Part shown: piece by piece, positions 45,926-46,472 of the stretch | Numbering within the stretch: the first letter of the stretch is position 1 | How the letters are laid out: every line of letters starts with the position of its first letter | Assembly: GCA_903889265.1 (NCBI GenBank) | Contig: CAISWS010000403.1 | Coordinates: 1 to 46,472, forward strand | DNA length: 46,472 bases | Source of the DNA: an uncultured Bacteroidota bacterium | GTDB lineage: Bacteria > Bacteroidota > Bacteroidia > Chitinophagales > LD1 | Reading direction: 5' to 3' | Notes under the pieces: model-generated | Database searches by the model: none | The model's input: the letters and a program-made list of their open reading frames with translations, nothing else | Told to the model about the DNA's origin: nothing | Translations under genes and position numbers: made by a program

Positions 45926-46472
45926 TTGCCTGAAAGGATAACAATTTTGCTTTCCGTAATGAAAGGCCACAAGTTCGTTATTTCTGCAGGTCTGAATTTA
46001 TGGGCATGGGAAATTTATGTGCGATACACAATGCCTTGGCCTAAGCAAAGATGATCGCCTCAGGCATTTAACTATTAATCTCATCCACCGCTCTCCGGAA
46101 CTTGCCGCCCCTTGGTATACCTTACTCCCGGAAACCCTGAAAAATGAAATAATTTACTTGCCCGTGTAAGATTCTTCCCAAGGACTACTATCTCCAAAGC
46201 TACCCGCTAATCATGTAAGATTATTTTTACTAAGTTTTATATACAACAAGGATTGGATTAATTTCGGTTTGCAAAGTAACATTGCCTTGTCAGGATGATG
46301 TCTGCATATAAAATTTGCACAGGAGCGTTTTTAACAAATAAATTTAAATCATTGATTTTCAATAAAACAGGATTCCGAAAGGTTTAAGTGGAACAAAAGT
46401 TTTCATTTTTTTTGATTCTCCTGAAATATTTTCGATATTACATACAATAAAAAAATAAAACTACCGATAAAA

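Noticed and set aside
1-46472. Search for mobile elements, integrases, tRNA genes, toxin-antitoxin pairs or recognised anti-phage defence genes.
   Set aside because: I saw none. There are no transposase or integrase motifs, no tRNA-like T-arm (GGTTCGAAT-type) sequences, and no paired terminal repeats flanking a gene block. The window looks like core or accessory chromosome rather than an island.

Overview
This 46.5-kb chromosomal window reads like a soil Bacteroidota genome, probably Sphingobacteriia/Chitinophagia-like. That placement is an inference from T9SS type A and type B sorting domains, SprB-type repeats and a TAnnTTTG-like promoter box. I can support about 36 protein-coding genes, several hairpin terminators and a few short repeats. 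I saw no rRNA, tRNA, CRISPR array, transposase, integrase or phage genes.

Gene content, left to right:
- Partial di-haem cytochrome c peroxidase.
- Three T9SS cargo genes, two of them giant tandem SprB-repeat adhesins of 1413 and 1502 aa.
- An aryl-sulfotransferase-like propeller, a DNA alkylation repair protein, an Asp/Glu racemase and a glutathione peroxidase.
- A TonB-dependent receptor and a 2-oxoacid dehydrogenase E2.
- A UbiA-like membrane protein plus methyltransferase pair.
- A six-gene envelope block: second aryl-sulfotransferase-like paralog, three tandem small secreted paralogs, half-size TauE, double-OmpA lipoprotein.
- A C-N hydrolase, purT, a pair of secreted paralogs, a 1037-aa BNR/sortilin-like protein and a radical SAM/SPASM enzyme.
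- A four-gene operon: flavoprotein, 7-TM protein, histidine kinase, LuxR regulator.
- An orphan secreted 533-aa protein, an S1/P1 nuclease, a SHOCT-repeat membrane protein, and a 1.35-kb stretch with no long ORF.

The best candidate for an undescribed system is the operon at 36935..41488. A phytoene-desaturase-like flavoprotein and a 7-TM protein resembling Pyr4/PaxB-type integral-membrane terpene cyclases are translationally coupled to a membrane-only sensor kinase and a LuxR regulator. The second candidate is the sulfotransferase-like block with the triplicated small secreted protein family.

All family assignments come from motif recognition by eye. No database search or HMM was run.
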